A stretch of DNA of 64,000 nt from Octopus vulgaris (GCA_951406725.2 OX597819.1:99572001-99636000), one strand, 5' to 3'; positions 27,259-40,244 are shown, counted from the stretch's first letter. Notes: a model not told the origin generated them from the letters alone. Made by a program: numbers and translations.

Positions 27259-27378
27259 CTATCGATAAATGCTCACCAAATCCTTGTTCAAATGGCACCT
27301 GCCAGACCGATGCCGATTCCTTTAAATGTATATGTGAAATCGGATATAAACTAGCAAATGATAAGCTCACATGTAAAC
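27259..27378 (+). CDS. Exon K, EGF-like (AIDKCSPNPCSNGTCQTDADSFKCICEIGYKLANDKLTCK)
   Basis: tctctttcAG acceptor, C|GTAAGT donor, 120 bp, phase 1-1. Confidence 0.92.
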
Positions 27379-27449
27379 GTAAGTAGATTTTATAAATATT
27401 TCTACGTAATAATTATTCACTTTGTTCCTCTTTTAATAATTCTTTCTGA

Positions 27450-27596
27450 AATATGAAAGCTAAATTCAGTCACTGTATCTAACATTCTGTTTGTCTTATT
27501 TATAGCCTGCGATATATATATCTAATATAAAGCTAATCTTATTCACTGTATCTAATAATCTGTTTGTCTTATTTATAGCCTGCGATACATATACCT
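27450..27596 (+). repeat. 73-bp tandem duplication spanning the exon L acceptor
   Basis: ..tcactgtatctaa..tctgtttgtcttatttatagcctgcgata.. occurs twice, with AG ending at 27505 and 27578. Confidence 0.9.
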
Positions 27597-27830
27597 ATGG
27601 TTACAACTGCAACATGACTTGCGGTTGTGTCAAAGGAAGTTGTGATTCAGTGAAGGGGTGTATATGCAACGCCGGTTATACAGGCGTTAAATGTGACACC
27701 AGAATAGATTTTTGTGCTGCAAATATTGGCATTTGTGACAACAAAACTTCGGAATGTGTTAACGGGGAGCAAAACTATACATGTGTCTGCAAAGATGGTT
27801 ACTTCAAGACTGAATCTGGAAGATGTCAAA
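27579..27830 (+). CDS. Exon L, laminin-type EGF + EGF (PCDTYTYGYNCNMTCGCVKGSCDSVKGCICNAGYTGVKCDTRIDFC..GRCQ)
   Basis: tttatAG acceptor, A|GTAAGT donor, 252 bp, phase 1-1. Confidence 0.92.
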
Positions 27831-28029
27831 GTAAGTTTTACATATATTCGTTGATTGTTTGTTTTATTCTAACGAGTTATCTTTTGGTTCTCTAAAGCTT
27901 ATTGTTACAGCCAATATTTTAGGATTCGTGTTAACTAGTAGAAACAATGATAGATTTATAAATTATTTCATCTAAGAGATGCATTACAGAAGTAGTTTTG
28001 AGGGTTTTCCAGAAGAGATATTAAATTGA

Positions 28030-29000
28030 AAGAAGTACAAAACCCTAATCGCCTTCAAAGTAGGATCCTCTCACTTCATGAAGGCCCCATGGAAGTCCTT
28101 CAATGTAAGATATCCAGCATCATTGTCACAACTTCCTTCATCTTCTCAATACCTTCAAAACGACTGCCCTTGAGGTTCTCGTTCAGCTTGGGAAGAATCA
28201 AAAGTTAGGGTGCAAGATCTGGACTGTAGGGAGGATTAGGAACAGTTTTGATGTCCATCTGTCAATTAGTTGTTAATCACAATGGAATTGCAGACTGGTG
28301 AATTGCCCAGGTGCAAGTGATATGACCCGTTGCGAATAATTCTCTTCTGCAACCCCTTTTTGCTGACTGTCTGTCCAGAGGGATCCCAGTGGATGTAGTT
28401 GATCCCCGTGTTATCAATAAAGGGGATCACGAAAGGCTTGTGGTAGATTAGATTTGTCTGATCTTCTAGGGGCTGGGGGATCGAGGATGACTTTATTGAG
28501 CACTCTGTATCTTGGTCTCTAAATCATAACAGTAGATCCAGCTTTCGTTGAAGATCACTAGACACTCAAGTACCCTTAGATTGGCGGGAATGACCTCGAT
28601 CATCTTTTTGCTATCACCAACGTGATTTTCCTTCTATTCATAACTTCGTAGCCGAGGAACAAACTTTGCATAAATTTTGCACATGTTTATATCTTAAGAA
28701 ATAATTCTGTGTACAGTTGCCACACAAACCCCGAGTTGTACGCTTATTGTTTTTATACACACATAATGATCTTCATCCAGAAAATTGTGTTTTTTCTCAA
28801 CCAGTTCTGGCGTTGTAACCTCCCTCTCTTTCAACACCTCTCATCGTCTCTCACCTCTTCTCTATAGATCAGGAACCTAATGTACCATAAAAATAAAATA
28901 CAGATGTCCAGGTGACACAAGTTAATCTGCAAGTAATCTGGAGCATTTCATAAGTTTCTGTAGCGTTTTAGGACACTTTAACACAAAGCTATGTTGTATG
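28030..29000 (-). mobile_element. Decayed mariner transposon
   Basis: Reverse translation gives PPYSPDLAP (~28210-28237) and AKFVPR (~28651-28670); many disruptions. Confidence 0.65.
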
Positions 29001-30678
29001 GAGGGCTTCGACTTTGTATTCCTCTCCCGACTGCTTTCAGAAAATTAGTTATCTGTGATAATAAGGCTTTTGTTGCTTGTCTTCAAAGTTCTCTCATAGC
29101 CTTTACTTTCCATCTGGAATAAAAAGTAGGCAGATCAGATGGTAAATAAACTTGCAATAATTTAGGACAGTTATGACTACCTGCCACTAAGAAAATCTAA
29201 AATCATTTGCAATGTAGCTCATAAGTTCCTGATAGCTTCAAGACAAAGTGCGATAGGTGTATAATGATAAACAGCGTAAGAGAATCTTTAGTCATCTTGC
29301 TATATATACCTTCCTATTTTCTTAGGTAAGGGCTCTAAACCAACAGAAAAGTAAAAGTTGGTTGGTAATTTTACAAAGGTTTCAGTACCTTAATTGTTCT
29401 TAAACACTCCCATCATTTAATCACCTGAGAAAGTACAATCTCTATAATTTTAAAGACCTTCATAAACAGGTGAGAAGGAGAAAGAAGAAATCCGTTTTGG
29501 AGCCGTACACATTCATGGCAGTCCGAAACTCTTGTGCAGTGATGCTCTTTCAAGAGATAATGGTGGGAGTTAGAAAGTTTAAGAAATGTATTTAGCTGTG
29601 GTGGGACTGAATGTCCAGGACAGAGAGAATAGTGAAAAGAGAAGCTGTGCATCAGTTCATCAATAAGACCCTATTTAAGAGAGGTGTAAACATCCTAAAT
29701 GCAAATTATTAAATGAAATCCGAAAAAAAATCACTTAATTACTAAAAATATTTTATTCTTTTATATTTCATATAAGAATAAGGAAATACTTTGATTATAA
29801 AGGTAATCAAATTTTTGATACACCCTGATTATGAAAGTGCAACAGAAATTGATGTAAGGCTGACACAAGTCTATCAGCGTAACTTCACAGGAGCTGTACT
29901 CATTAAAACAGAGAAGAGTGTCAGAAAAATAGTAAGGCGCTTGTGACTTAAAGCTTGTTTACCGATCAAGTGGTTTATGCCTGTATAATTAAAAACGTAA
30001 ATTGAAGTACAAAAAATTGAAACGGGCCATCGAGGGAGGTTTTATATTATTATTATTGGAAATAGTAACCAGAATCTTCCTCATCGCACACTCTGATATC
30101 TTTAGAAAAGGCACAATAAGAAATAAATCATGTATACATAATAAGTGAAATAAAAATGATTGACTGGTTGTGATGGATTGCCTTTCGTCATAGGTCTGCT
30201 AGATAAAATAGAAGAAAAATGACAAATGAATAACCCTTATCACCACCCACTATCACCTTCACTACTACCACTGAAACCCTCATTATCATCATCATCAATT
30301 CCACGATTCCTACCCCAGAAGAAGACCTACTACCACCACCAATACCACCACCACCGACATCACCACCACCAGTACATCTATGAGAACTATCCATAACCAT
30401 AAACACCATAGTCACCACCACAATCACCATCATCAGCATCAGTAACATCCCCGTAACAAACAGCACCTTTATCGCTACTACCACAATTACATCGTACCTG
30501 CTACCATCATGAGCAGCAACAAGGCCACCATCGCAGTCATTATTCATACCACAACAAAGACCAAACACACTGATATTTCGGCCATCATCATCACTACTCC
30601 ATCATCTCTGCGACCATAATATATTCTCTTTCTTTTAAATGATAAATAACGAATTCTTTGTTTCTGTTACAATTTTAG

Positions 30679-30765
30679 TTTGTCCTGAGAAGAGGTATGG
30701 GAAAGATTGCTCTTTAACATGCCCTTGCAGTGAATCATGTGACCATATCAGTGGAAACTGCACAG
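30679..30765 (+). CDS. Exon M, short laminin-EGF-like (ICPEKRYGKDCSLTCPCSESCDHISGNCT)
   Basis: ttttAG acceptor, G|GTAGGA donor, 87 bp, phase 1-1. Confidence 0.88.
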
Positions 30766-31361
30766 GTAGGATTCGAATTGACTCTTCCGGCAAATATTAC
30801 AAATAAATTACATCAAAGTTGAATTGATGGTAATGTAAAAAAGTCTATATGCAGTATATGACCGAAACCTTTCTTCCCTTTGTCAACACTATCGTTCTCA
30901 TTTAACTCATATCTTACAACAGATGTTTCAGCAATCATATTTTGCGAAGGAAAGAATTAGCGTAAATGTGAGCTACAGATTTTGCGGGTGAGGATGCAGG
31001 ATGCCTATATTATTGTCTAAGAAGGTGACGTCACTGTATATCAGTTGGTCTTCGTCTTCAACAATAAGGGATACTCTACATGACAGGCTTCTCGATCTGC
31101 TAAATGCAGAATATACTAGAAAATGTGGTGCTTGTTTGTGTTTTTTCATGGACTCTTAACTACTTGACGAAGTTTTAAGGTTCCAGTGCCGTCATTATAT
31201 ACTGTGTGTCTTGGGCAAAATTAGATGAAACTATTCTTTTCAAAATCCCTATATATATATACACCAGAGTAAGCACAAATGTGAAACAAGGTCGAAAAAA
31301 ATAGTACTCGAATACTGGAGGTAGAATAATATGCTTTCTTAATGACGCTGCAAGGATATCA

Positions 31362-31410
31362 CAAAACCTGTTACTCACAGTTTCACGTTCCCGTTCGTCG
31401 GACAGTTTTG
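31362..31410 (-). ncRNA. Minimal type I hammerhead ribozyme motif (U4C variant)
   Basis: Reverse strand: caaaactgt-CCGACGA-ACG(GGAA)CGT-GAAA-CT(GTG)AG-TA-acaggttttg; stems I, II and III all pair. Confidence 0.65.
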
Positions 31411-31479
31411 TTTCAGAATCGTAATCAGAACAGTTTTTGTGATATCTTTGCAGCATTATTAATAGTATATTAATAATAG

Positions 31480-31880
31480 GCATGGCTGTGTGGTAAGTAA
31501 CTTCCTTACCAATCACATGGTTCTGATCTCAGTCTCACTGTACGGAACCTTGGGCAAATAACGTCTACTATAGCCTCGGGCTGACCAAAGCCTTGTGAGT
31601 GGATTTGATAGACGGAAACTGAAAGAAGCCCGTCGTATATATATGTGTGTGCGTGTTTGTGTGTGTGTGTGTTTGTATGTTTGTGTGTTTTTACCACCAC
31701 CCCCTCCCGCACCACCACTTGACACCGATGCTGGTGTGCTTACGTCCCCGTAAATTAGTGGTTAGGCAAAAGAACCGATAAGTACTACGCTTACAACGAA
31801 GAAGTCTTGGGCTCGATTTGTTCGACTAAAGGCGGTGCTCCAGCATGACCGTAGCCAAATCACTGAAACTAGTAAAAGAA
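31480..31880 (+). mobile_element. SINE family A, diverged
   Basis: Head, core and tail match the other copies. Confidence 0.8.
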
Positions 31881-32404
31881 TATATATACTATTCTATATT
31901 TTTGAGATGAGGAATTATGCATATTATTTACAATGGACGGATAGGTGTCCTCACCTTCTTTGTTGTTCTGATAGAAATTCGAACCCAGCCTTTTATTTGA
32001 TTAATGGGGTACTATGTTCTCATTCCCAAGTTATTATTTTTTGCTTATGTTAATTTTTTCTGTTGATATTACTTCCCAAGTCTCACCTGAGACTGAACTC
32101 AGAATCTGCGGGTTAGTAGCCAGCATTATTATCCACCTCGCTATATGCCCATGGGTGAACTTTTGGGTTTATAATCCTAATATTTTATCTTTTCTTAATA
32201 CCGTTTCCCATATTACATTCATATCTGCACTAGGACTGCTTAGGAGGTGGTTGTGTCCTAATATATATATATATACTGCCTCTTAATTTTCATATTTTCC
32301 CGTGATGTTCTCTGTTCACCAACAACAAAAGCATAAGCACTGTTTAGACTTATTTCAATATCTGTATATCTGTGTTTGTATGTGTGTGTGTGTGTGTGTG
32401 TGTC

Positions 32405-32448
<44 letters not shown>

Positions 32449-32465
32449 AATATATATACATATAT

Positions 32466-32499
<34 letters not shown>

Positions 32500-32527
32500 T
32501 GTATGTATGTATGTATGTATGTATATA

Positions 32528-32564
<37 letters not shown>

Positions 32565-32685
32565 GCATGTACATTTGTATAAATATACGCACATGCACAT
32601 ATGTCTTTCTGAAATGAAAATCGAAGCATATAGCAGTTTACTGTAATTATAAAAGTATAGTGTATGATCTTACTTTTTTTTCCAG

Positions 32686-32727
32686 ATGATAAAACCACGG
32701 AAAATCCCACAGTACCAACAACAGAAG
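32686..32727 (+). CDS. Mini-exon N, Thr/Pro-rich (DDKTTENPTVPTTE)
   Basis: tttttttttccAG acceptor, G|GTAAAT donor, 42 bp, phase 1-1, in frame after exon M. Confidence 0.8.
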
Positions 32728-32796
32728 GTAAATAGTGGTTTATAAATTTCTCACATTTCATTGTAATTTATTGCGTATATAAATGTGTGTGGGTTC

Positions 32797-32871
<75 letters not shown>

Positions 32872-34223
32872 GTCTCTGTTCTGTATACAATTTAGGACAG
32901 AAAGTTATCGCTTTATGGCTAACTGCAGTTTGCGCTATTTAAGAACGATTTGTTCCAATATAGGATTATCATTTTGGTGCATTAGGGTTAATGACACATG
33001 TGCTGTCTAAATGAAGGAATGCTTATTCTCCTAGACAAACAGTTCATTGAACTGGAGATAAAGCACTCGTGCTATTTTCTATTATGCTTTATTTTTAATA
33101 TGGGCTCTATTAGTGGACTGGAAGATTCAAACTTGTAAACGTTATTACTAAAATTAAGGCTACGTATTGAGCTGATATGAGAACTAGTTTTCCTGGTTTG
33201 GTTGTCAGCAAGTTTAATGAGTACAGACTGATTCCTCGTTTTCCTGTTCTCATAATATACAATCATTCCGGACTTAAATATTTCTTCTTTTATCAGTGTT
33301 TTTAGTAGGTAGTCCTGTTGTTAACGGCCTTGACTCCCTGAGACAACAAATGCATATTCCTAGGTAAATTCTCCTAGCTCGGTACGGATCTAGTACATAT
33401 CAGACACTTGATGATGATTAGAAGTCTAACACAGTTCATATAGAAATATCAAAAATGTTTCATAATTAACGTTGACGTTTATTGCTTACAAAATTATAAC
33501 AACTCACCTGAGCAATTCAACCAAAATGTGAAGTTAATCAAAATATAAAATTCTGATAGAAACTGACAGTTGTACAACAACTGTTCTAAAAATTAAAGCA
33601 AGGAAAACCTATTTTAGAAAAACAATTATTTTATACGTCATTACCTATACCAACAACAGATGTTCAAAAAAAGCTTATTTTTATGCCTGCCTCAAGAAAG
33701 CCGTCATATAAATATCACAAGTAACAACTGACTGACTCCATCGTAACAATTGACGAATCCTTTCTTAATAACAACACTCTAAGGAAGTCATTGAATGATA
33801 TAAGAGAACGAAAATTCAGAAGGTGAGAGCATAGCGAAAAATTCTGTTCACAAAGCGAAACATTTGCTGTTGCTTTGATAGGCTGCCACTGTGACTGTTA
33901 TGAACATCTCATCTGCAAAATTTCAGAAGGTTAATTGTATGAATTTATGTTTAATAAAACAAAAATAGCTTCTCGAAGTTGTGATCTTTATATTAACAAG
34001 GATGGCACACACACACGGCGTTGCATCACGCTGATGAAAACGTTTAAGGACTTCAGAAACTAGGGTTTCAGTTGAATGTAAGGAGTTCCTCGGAGAACGT
34101 AATTTGATCGGGTCTGGTGAAAGCTTCCAAAATTGTTCACCAGCAACAAAAGCATAAGCACAGTTTAGCCTTCTTTCAATATATGTATATCTATGTGTGT
34201 TTGTGTGTGTCTGTGTCTTAACC

Positions 34224-34273
<50 letters not shown>

Positions 34274-34399
34274 GCATGCATGTACATATATATATATCTA
34301 CACGCACACACATATATGTTTCGAAGATGAAAACCAAAACATATATCAGCTTACTGTAATTATAAAAGTATAGTGTATGATCTAATATCTTTTTTCCAG

Positions 34400-34441
34400 T
34401 TGATAAAACCACGGAAAATTCCACAGTACCAACAACAGAAG
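34400..34441 (+). CDS. Mini-exon O, duplicate of N (VDKTTENSTVPTTE)
   Basis: 40 of 42 nt identical to exon N with the same splice sites; flanking intron (~32310-32770 vs ~34130-34480) also duplicated. Confidence 0.8.
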
Positions 34442-34749
34442 GTAAATAGTGGTTTATAAATTTCTCACATTACTTTGTATTTTATTGTTAAAATTTGTTT
34501 TTCCCTTGCTGATAATTTAATGTTCTCGCTTGAGATCACCATATTTATGCATAGCTAAAAGGAAAAGGTTGCTGCTTTAACATTCTGTGACATGCCAGGT
34601 TATATGGAAGGTTATGATTACTGCCTGATTACTTAATCAGAATTTAAATAGGACCTCTTGTGATCTAGTTAAGAATTAATAATTAGGTCAAGCAATCTCT
34701 TTAATAACAAATTGTTTTGCTTCTCTTTAACTAATCCTTCACTTTAGTG

Positions 34750-34809
34750 AAAAACTTGTCATTACTATCAAAAACTTGTCATTACTGTAAAAAACTTGTC
34801 ATTACTATA
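34750..34809. repeat. 20-bp tandem repeat, three copies
   Basis: aaaaacttgtcattact(a/g)t(c/a) x3. Confidence 0.85.
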
Positions 34810-35605
34810 AGCTGTATCCTCTCATTCTTCATCTTCATTATAGTTACTGAGTTGATACTAATATAGTAATTTTAAGAAATAGTGAGGAAACTGTCTTGAC
34901 ATCACCGTGCTAGCTCAGTCTTCGCTCTTGCACATTACATCTGATGCCTCATATTCCAGATTTATCTCTCAAATCAATTAATCCCCGTTTTGATTTACGA
35001 AATAAGTTGACAGTAGTATAGTTGCTTTACGAACTAGAGGTATTGCCGACATTACGTTACTTGGGCAATCTTGACTTAGAGTTGACCAATACTATTGTTT
35101 ACTTACTAATTTAGGCATAACTGAAACATTAAAAAACCTTTTTCGCATTCCTTTCTCCCATGCTGAAAGTTCGTGTATGGGTTGTATAAACTTTATAATT
35201 GTTATTGATGTATAAGCGGAAGAACAAGAAGCGACAATGTGCATATGTACAGAGGATTTGCAGAGATATGGTTGCATAGTTGATTATAATTTTACTCAGT
35301 TTCGTAATTTGGGGATAGAGGTATTGCACTTCATCCTCTTTACATTTTCAGGCGCACGTTTTGCGGTGGCGTCTCATGTGAGGGAAGCTATATATATATA
35401 TATATATATATAGATGGATGAATAAATTATCCTTTGTTTACCGTTAACATGGAAAATTCAATAAACAGTTACCAGAGTAGTAAAATTCACGCAATTAACA
35501 AGGATGTAGCGACCTATTCAAAGGTAGAAACTCCGGGTTAATGTGCAGTAATTTGTATAGTATAAGTAAATAAATAGAGTTGAACGCAGATGTTATTCAA
35601 ATTCT

Positions 35606-35700
35606 TTTACTTTCGACATATGTTTCGAAGACAACATTGGTTTTATTCCAAAGGAATAAACGGTGTAGAATAATGTAATCTTCTCATCAGTAAAGAAAGA
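35606..35700 (-). ncRNA. Type I hammerhead ribozyme motif with extended stem II
   Basis: Reverse strand: cttta-CTGATGA-GAAGA..TCTTC-GAAA-CATATG-TC-gaaag; palindromic stem III ACATATGT. Confidence 0.65.
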
Positions 35701-36165
35701 GAATCTATCTCTACAACAAGACATTATAATAATTTTGATGACTGCATAAATGATAAACAGAATGCTATTAAGTGTTTAGAAAAACCACTAGTAGAGCCTT
35801 TGACGTCGGATCTACTAACGGTTTTTTTTTTAAATACTTAATAGCGTTCTGTTTCCATTATTCTGTTTCCAAAATATTTCTGTTTCTCGAGATGATTTAC
35901 ACTGAAACATGATTTTCTTTCATTGTTTTGGGGGATTCTGAATTCTTGCTTTGTGATAGTTTCAGATTTGATCTATCTTCTCGGGCAGCTCGCTTTTGAA
36001 CGTTCATGCTGTTTGCTATTGGCTGCCGTCTCCTCTTTACTATTCAATGCGGCCTCCTCCCCCTCCTCCTCCTCTTCTTCTTCTTCTTTCTTCTTCCTCT
36101 TCCTCCCCCTCCCCCTCCCCATCCTCCTCCTCCTCCTTCTTCTTCTTCTTCTTCTTCTTCTTCTT

Positions 36166-36196
<31 letters not shown>

Positions 36197-36834
36197 GTAG
36201 AAGATCCGGGAGGTCGGCTTTGCTTCCCATCCTTTAGGGTCAATGAAATAATTACCACTGAAGCACTACAATTGCCGCAATCGCTGTATGTCTATTTTGT
36301 ACATTATAACATCGTCATTTGACGTTTACATTCTATTCTGCCATGTTTCGAAAGGATTATTTACGCAGTTTGTTCCGGAACATGCCTTGAGCCTTCACAC
36401 GAACAAGCAAGTATGGTGAGGCGAATATCTTTTAAATGTTCGCTTTGTTTGCAGTAGACTTGGGTAAAAAAGGACAGGCGCTTCTTGGCGCAAATTCAGA
36501 AACCGATTCTAAGTTATCTGCCTTAACTTTTGCGATCACCATGGACGTCTATCTCTCATGTCTCATCTGGCAGAATGTTTATTATCTCGAAGCTTGCCCT
36601 TATATTAAGGACTTTACAGCGTGTATGAGCCGCATTTGCATAGGATCAGCCTTGTTGAGTCACATTGTAACTCGCAAGGTCAAAATATGAATGAGAGAGA
36701 TTGTAGTAGGGAGTTTTAAGCTCGGTGTTGAAAGGAGCAAGTATCTTGTACAGGAGATATATGACTACTCGGCATTATATAGGAGTTGGTATGAGTATCT
36801 GGAACTTATCAAAATAACAGCATTTGAATAATAG

Positions 36835-36867
36835 CTGAAACGACTGTAATCCATTCTATTGCAACTG
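36835..36867 (+). CDS. Candidate mini-exon P (AETTVIHSIAT)
   Basis: Strong G|GTAAGT donor, 33 bp, phase 1-1; acceptor (aatAG) has a poor pyrimidine tract. Confidence 0.4.
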
Positions 36868-36990
36868 GTAAGTGTACTAAATATTTATGTGTAGCTTAAT
36901 TAGTTTCCAACGAAAAAGTTTTATATAATGTATTGTATTATCTCCAGTTCTAAGCACCGTACTGTATTCAGTATTCTCTTTCTTTTTCAG

Positions 36991-37064
36991 TTTTCTCCTA
37001 CTCTGTTACCATTTGGATCAATATGACTTTCATTGCTAATCTAAAAGACAAACTAAAACAAGTG
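36991..37064 (+). CDS. Candidate exon Q (VFSYSVTIWINMTFIANLKDKLKQV), start of a SEA-like segment
   Basis: ttctctttctttttcAG acceptor, GTGAGT donor, phase 1-0, open frame; SEA likeness is by eye only. Confidence 0.6.
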
Positions 37065-37429
37065 GTGAGTTTAATTTCATGTGTATATAACTGTTTTTTT
37101 AAGTGTTACATTCATATCTATCAAATTTTATATACAGTAATCCTGCAACAGAAAACCAATGTCATTTATATAGTGCGTGTATTTCACTTTAACTAATATC
37201 AATCTATAAACATAGATATGGACATGTGGCCACACATATACATATACATGCATATGAATATACACACATGCGCGCACACACATACACACACATAATTGTT
37301 ATAAAATATAACTTGAGTATTTCTAACACCCTAGTCATATTTAGAGACAAATATATTTTTCCATTTTTCTAAAACATTCCCACTGCTATATATACATACA
37401 TACATACATACATACATATATGTCTGATG

Positions 37430-37529
37430 NNNNNNNNNNNNNNNNNNNNNNNNNNNNNNNNNNNNNNNNNNNNNNNNNNNNNNNNNNNNNNNNNNNNNNN
37501 NNNNNNNNNNNNNNNNNNNNNNNNNNNNN
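37430..37529. other. Assembly gap
   Basis: 100 consecutive N. Confidence 1.
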
Positions 37530-38526
37530 AGCAGTTGGGTTATAACGTTATCGTTGTATTTCAGTGAGAAACATAATCTATAAGTGAAAAGAATCTTATT
37601 TAAGTTATTTATCCTCGCCTGTCTATCCACTGAACAAAGAACCCGGATCTCGCAGTGAGTGTTTGGTAATGTAAATAATTTATTTATAGGAACGCTACTT
37701 CTCTTTCGTGATTAAATGTCACAAAACCACATTTCTATCTAATCTAAAAATGGAGTTTCCAGCTCAATCCTAGTAGGTGTCTTTTCTATTATGCGATTTA
37801 TATTATAGCTTCGGGTCTACTCAAGCTCTCTGATATAAAATGGGTCGCTCACATATCGCACATGAGTTTTAAGGAAGACAGGTTAAAAAAAAAAACATGG
37901 GATAATGTAAACTTAGAAGACCGATCAAGTTAGTAGTGTCACGGTAATAACTTTGTGACTATAGGTCGGCTCGGACAGAGCACAATTACATAAATGTGTC
38001 AGTTTTACACATGCAGTAAGCTTGATATATTTATGTCGAGTGTGTCGCCATGCTAACAGCTTGATATTTTGAATACTCTGATATAGTTTTATACTTTTAC
38101 AGTATACCTTTAACATGTCAGATCTCGAAGAAACATATAGAGGTTTGATATAGTTGAATTCACACACATTTCTTAAAAGCCTTTGTATGTATGTATGTAG
38201 ACATACATACACATATACATAAATAAATACATACTTACACACATATACATAAATAAATACATACTTTCACACATATACACATACACACAAGGGGTGCTAC
38301 AAAGCTCCTGAGTTTGGGTAAAAGATACTACATGAAGTTCTGGTAATTATTAGTGATAATCTCTACAATCACTAAGATACTAAAGGGATTTTACATTCAT
38401 ACAAATTTACTAACCTATATTCATAACAATAATGTTTATACCTATATTTATATTGAATGCCTGTTTATATAACCATATTTTTATCAATGTATGTGTGCAT
38501 GTGTGTATATATTGATGTGAAAACAA

Positions 38527-38591
<65 letters not shown>

Positions 38592-38594
<3 letters not shown>

Positions 38595-39235
38595 GGCCGG
38601 AGAAAATACGGGAAACACTATAACATTTCAAACAAATTTAATTTATTATAGAGTAGGACCGCCTTTTGCAGTAATTACAGCTTGGATTCTACGAGGTATG
38701 GACTCGTATAAAGTTTGAATTGTTTCCAAAGGGATTTCTGTCTATTCTTCAGCTAAAACAGTCTCCAGTTCTTGTAGGGATGATGGTATAGGATATCGAC
38801 GCTTTACTTGTTTTTCTAAAATGCACCATAAATGTTCAATAATATTCAGATCTGGGGACTGTGGTGGCCAGATAAGATGTTTAATTTCACTAGAATGTTC
38901 CTCATGTCATTCAGTGACAACTTTGGCTGTATTAATTGGTGCATCATCCTCCTGAAAGATTGCATTTCCTTCCGAAAACAGTTCCGCAACCATAAGATAA
39001 ATTTGATCGAATAGAATGCTTAAATAGTCTTGATTATTAATTCCGCCATGAAAAGAATTCATTGGGCTGGGAGATTTCCAAGGTGTAGCCCCCAGATCAT
39101 CATAAATCCTCCTCCATGTTTAACAGTTGGAAGAAGGCAGTCTGGGTCAAATGCTGCTTTTGACTGTCTCTAAATAAAATAAAGGATGACTTGTCCGAGA
39201 AAATAACATTCTTCCACTGCTCTAGGAACCAATAC
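38592..39235 (-). mobile_element. Decayed Tc1-like transposon fragment
   Basis: Reverse strand encodes WPPQSPDLNIIEHLW (~38826-38870) and FQEDDAP, typical of Tc1 DDE transposases. Confidence 0.7.
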
Positions 39236-39399
39236 TGTAAGGATTTTTATTTATTTATTTATCTATTATTATATCTTATACGTGTCAGAAGTATGTGCAT
39301 ATATGTATATTGTGTGTGTATTAACCTGTTTGTATCTGTGTTTTACTTATTATTATTAATTTTCCCTCTCTCTCCTCTCCTGCCTTCTGTCTTTAGTCA

Positions 39400-39720
39400 T
39401 GTGGCGTGCTGGTGGTTGTTATTGTTCAATTCGTATTTTCTACTGAGGCTCGGTGTGTCTACTGCTATGTGTGTAGCATCTGTGATCTGTCTAGGTGTCA
39501 GTTCTATGCGTCGACGATACATTAACCTCTGTGCATGTTGTCCCTGAGTATGTTGGTAAAGCACTGACAAGCTTTTCTCTTCTTTGAGCTCTCGCCAACG
39601 TTCACCTATACGCTCTCCTATGCTGCGCGCAGTCTCTTCAATGTAAGTAGTTGTCATGTTTCTGCACCGTTCCTCAGTACATCGTAAGTTATACACTACA
39701 TTCCTAACCTTGCAGTATAT
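39400..39720 (-). mobile_element. Penelope-like element GIY-YIG endonuclease fragment
   Basis: ORF 39397..39843: CKVRNVVYNLRC..C..TYIEETARSIGER..SVLYQH..QH. Confidence 0.7.
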
Positions 39721-40244
39721 ATTTGCCACATACCTGTGATAAATATAAGAAACAGAGATAGATAAAACATATATAAACAAATGAATAAATGAATCTATGT
39801 AAAGGCCATTGATACGAACCCATACACACATCCCCACACACATATATACACAATAACTTCAGAGACTGCTGCAACAATATCAACACGGCTAACAACGACA
39901 GCAGCAGCGGCGGTGACAACGATGGCAATAACAACAACAACAACAACAACTACCACGATGGAAACACCGTGGGTGAACATATAGACACAGAGAGATACAG
40001 AAACTGCACCAAAGTTTCGGGTCCTGGGACAGCAGCAAAATGGGGTGAGAGGATGGGGGTTGAGAAGAAGGCCATACTGATGCTAAGAACAATGACAGAC
40101 ACACAAGCATAAATGCACACACATATACACACATGCACACACACACATACACGAACACAGACGCAAACACATGCGCACATAAGGATACACATCATAGAAG
40201 AGCAGAACGGAGTAAGTGAAGCAAGAGCTCACGCAAAACGAAAA

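Noticed and set aside
30230-30620. Thr/Pro-rich stretch that looks like a mucin exon
   Set aside because: In-frame stops, no acceptor or donor; cryptic (CAC)/(CAT) simple repeat
34750-34809. Short direct repeats as a CRISPR-like array
   Set aside because: Head-to-tail with no spacers, eukaryotic intron, no cas genes
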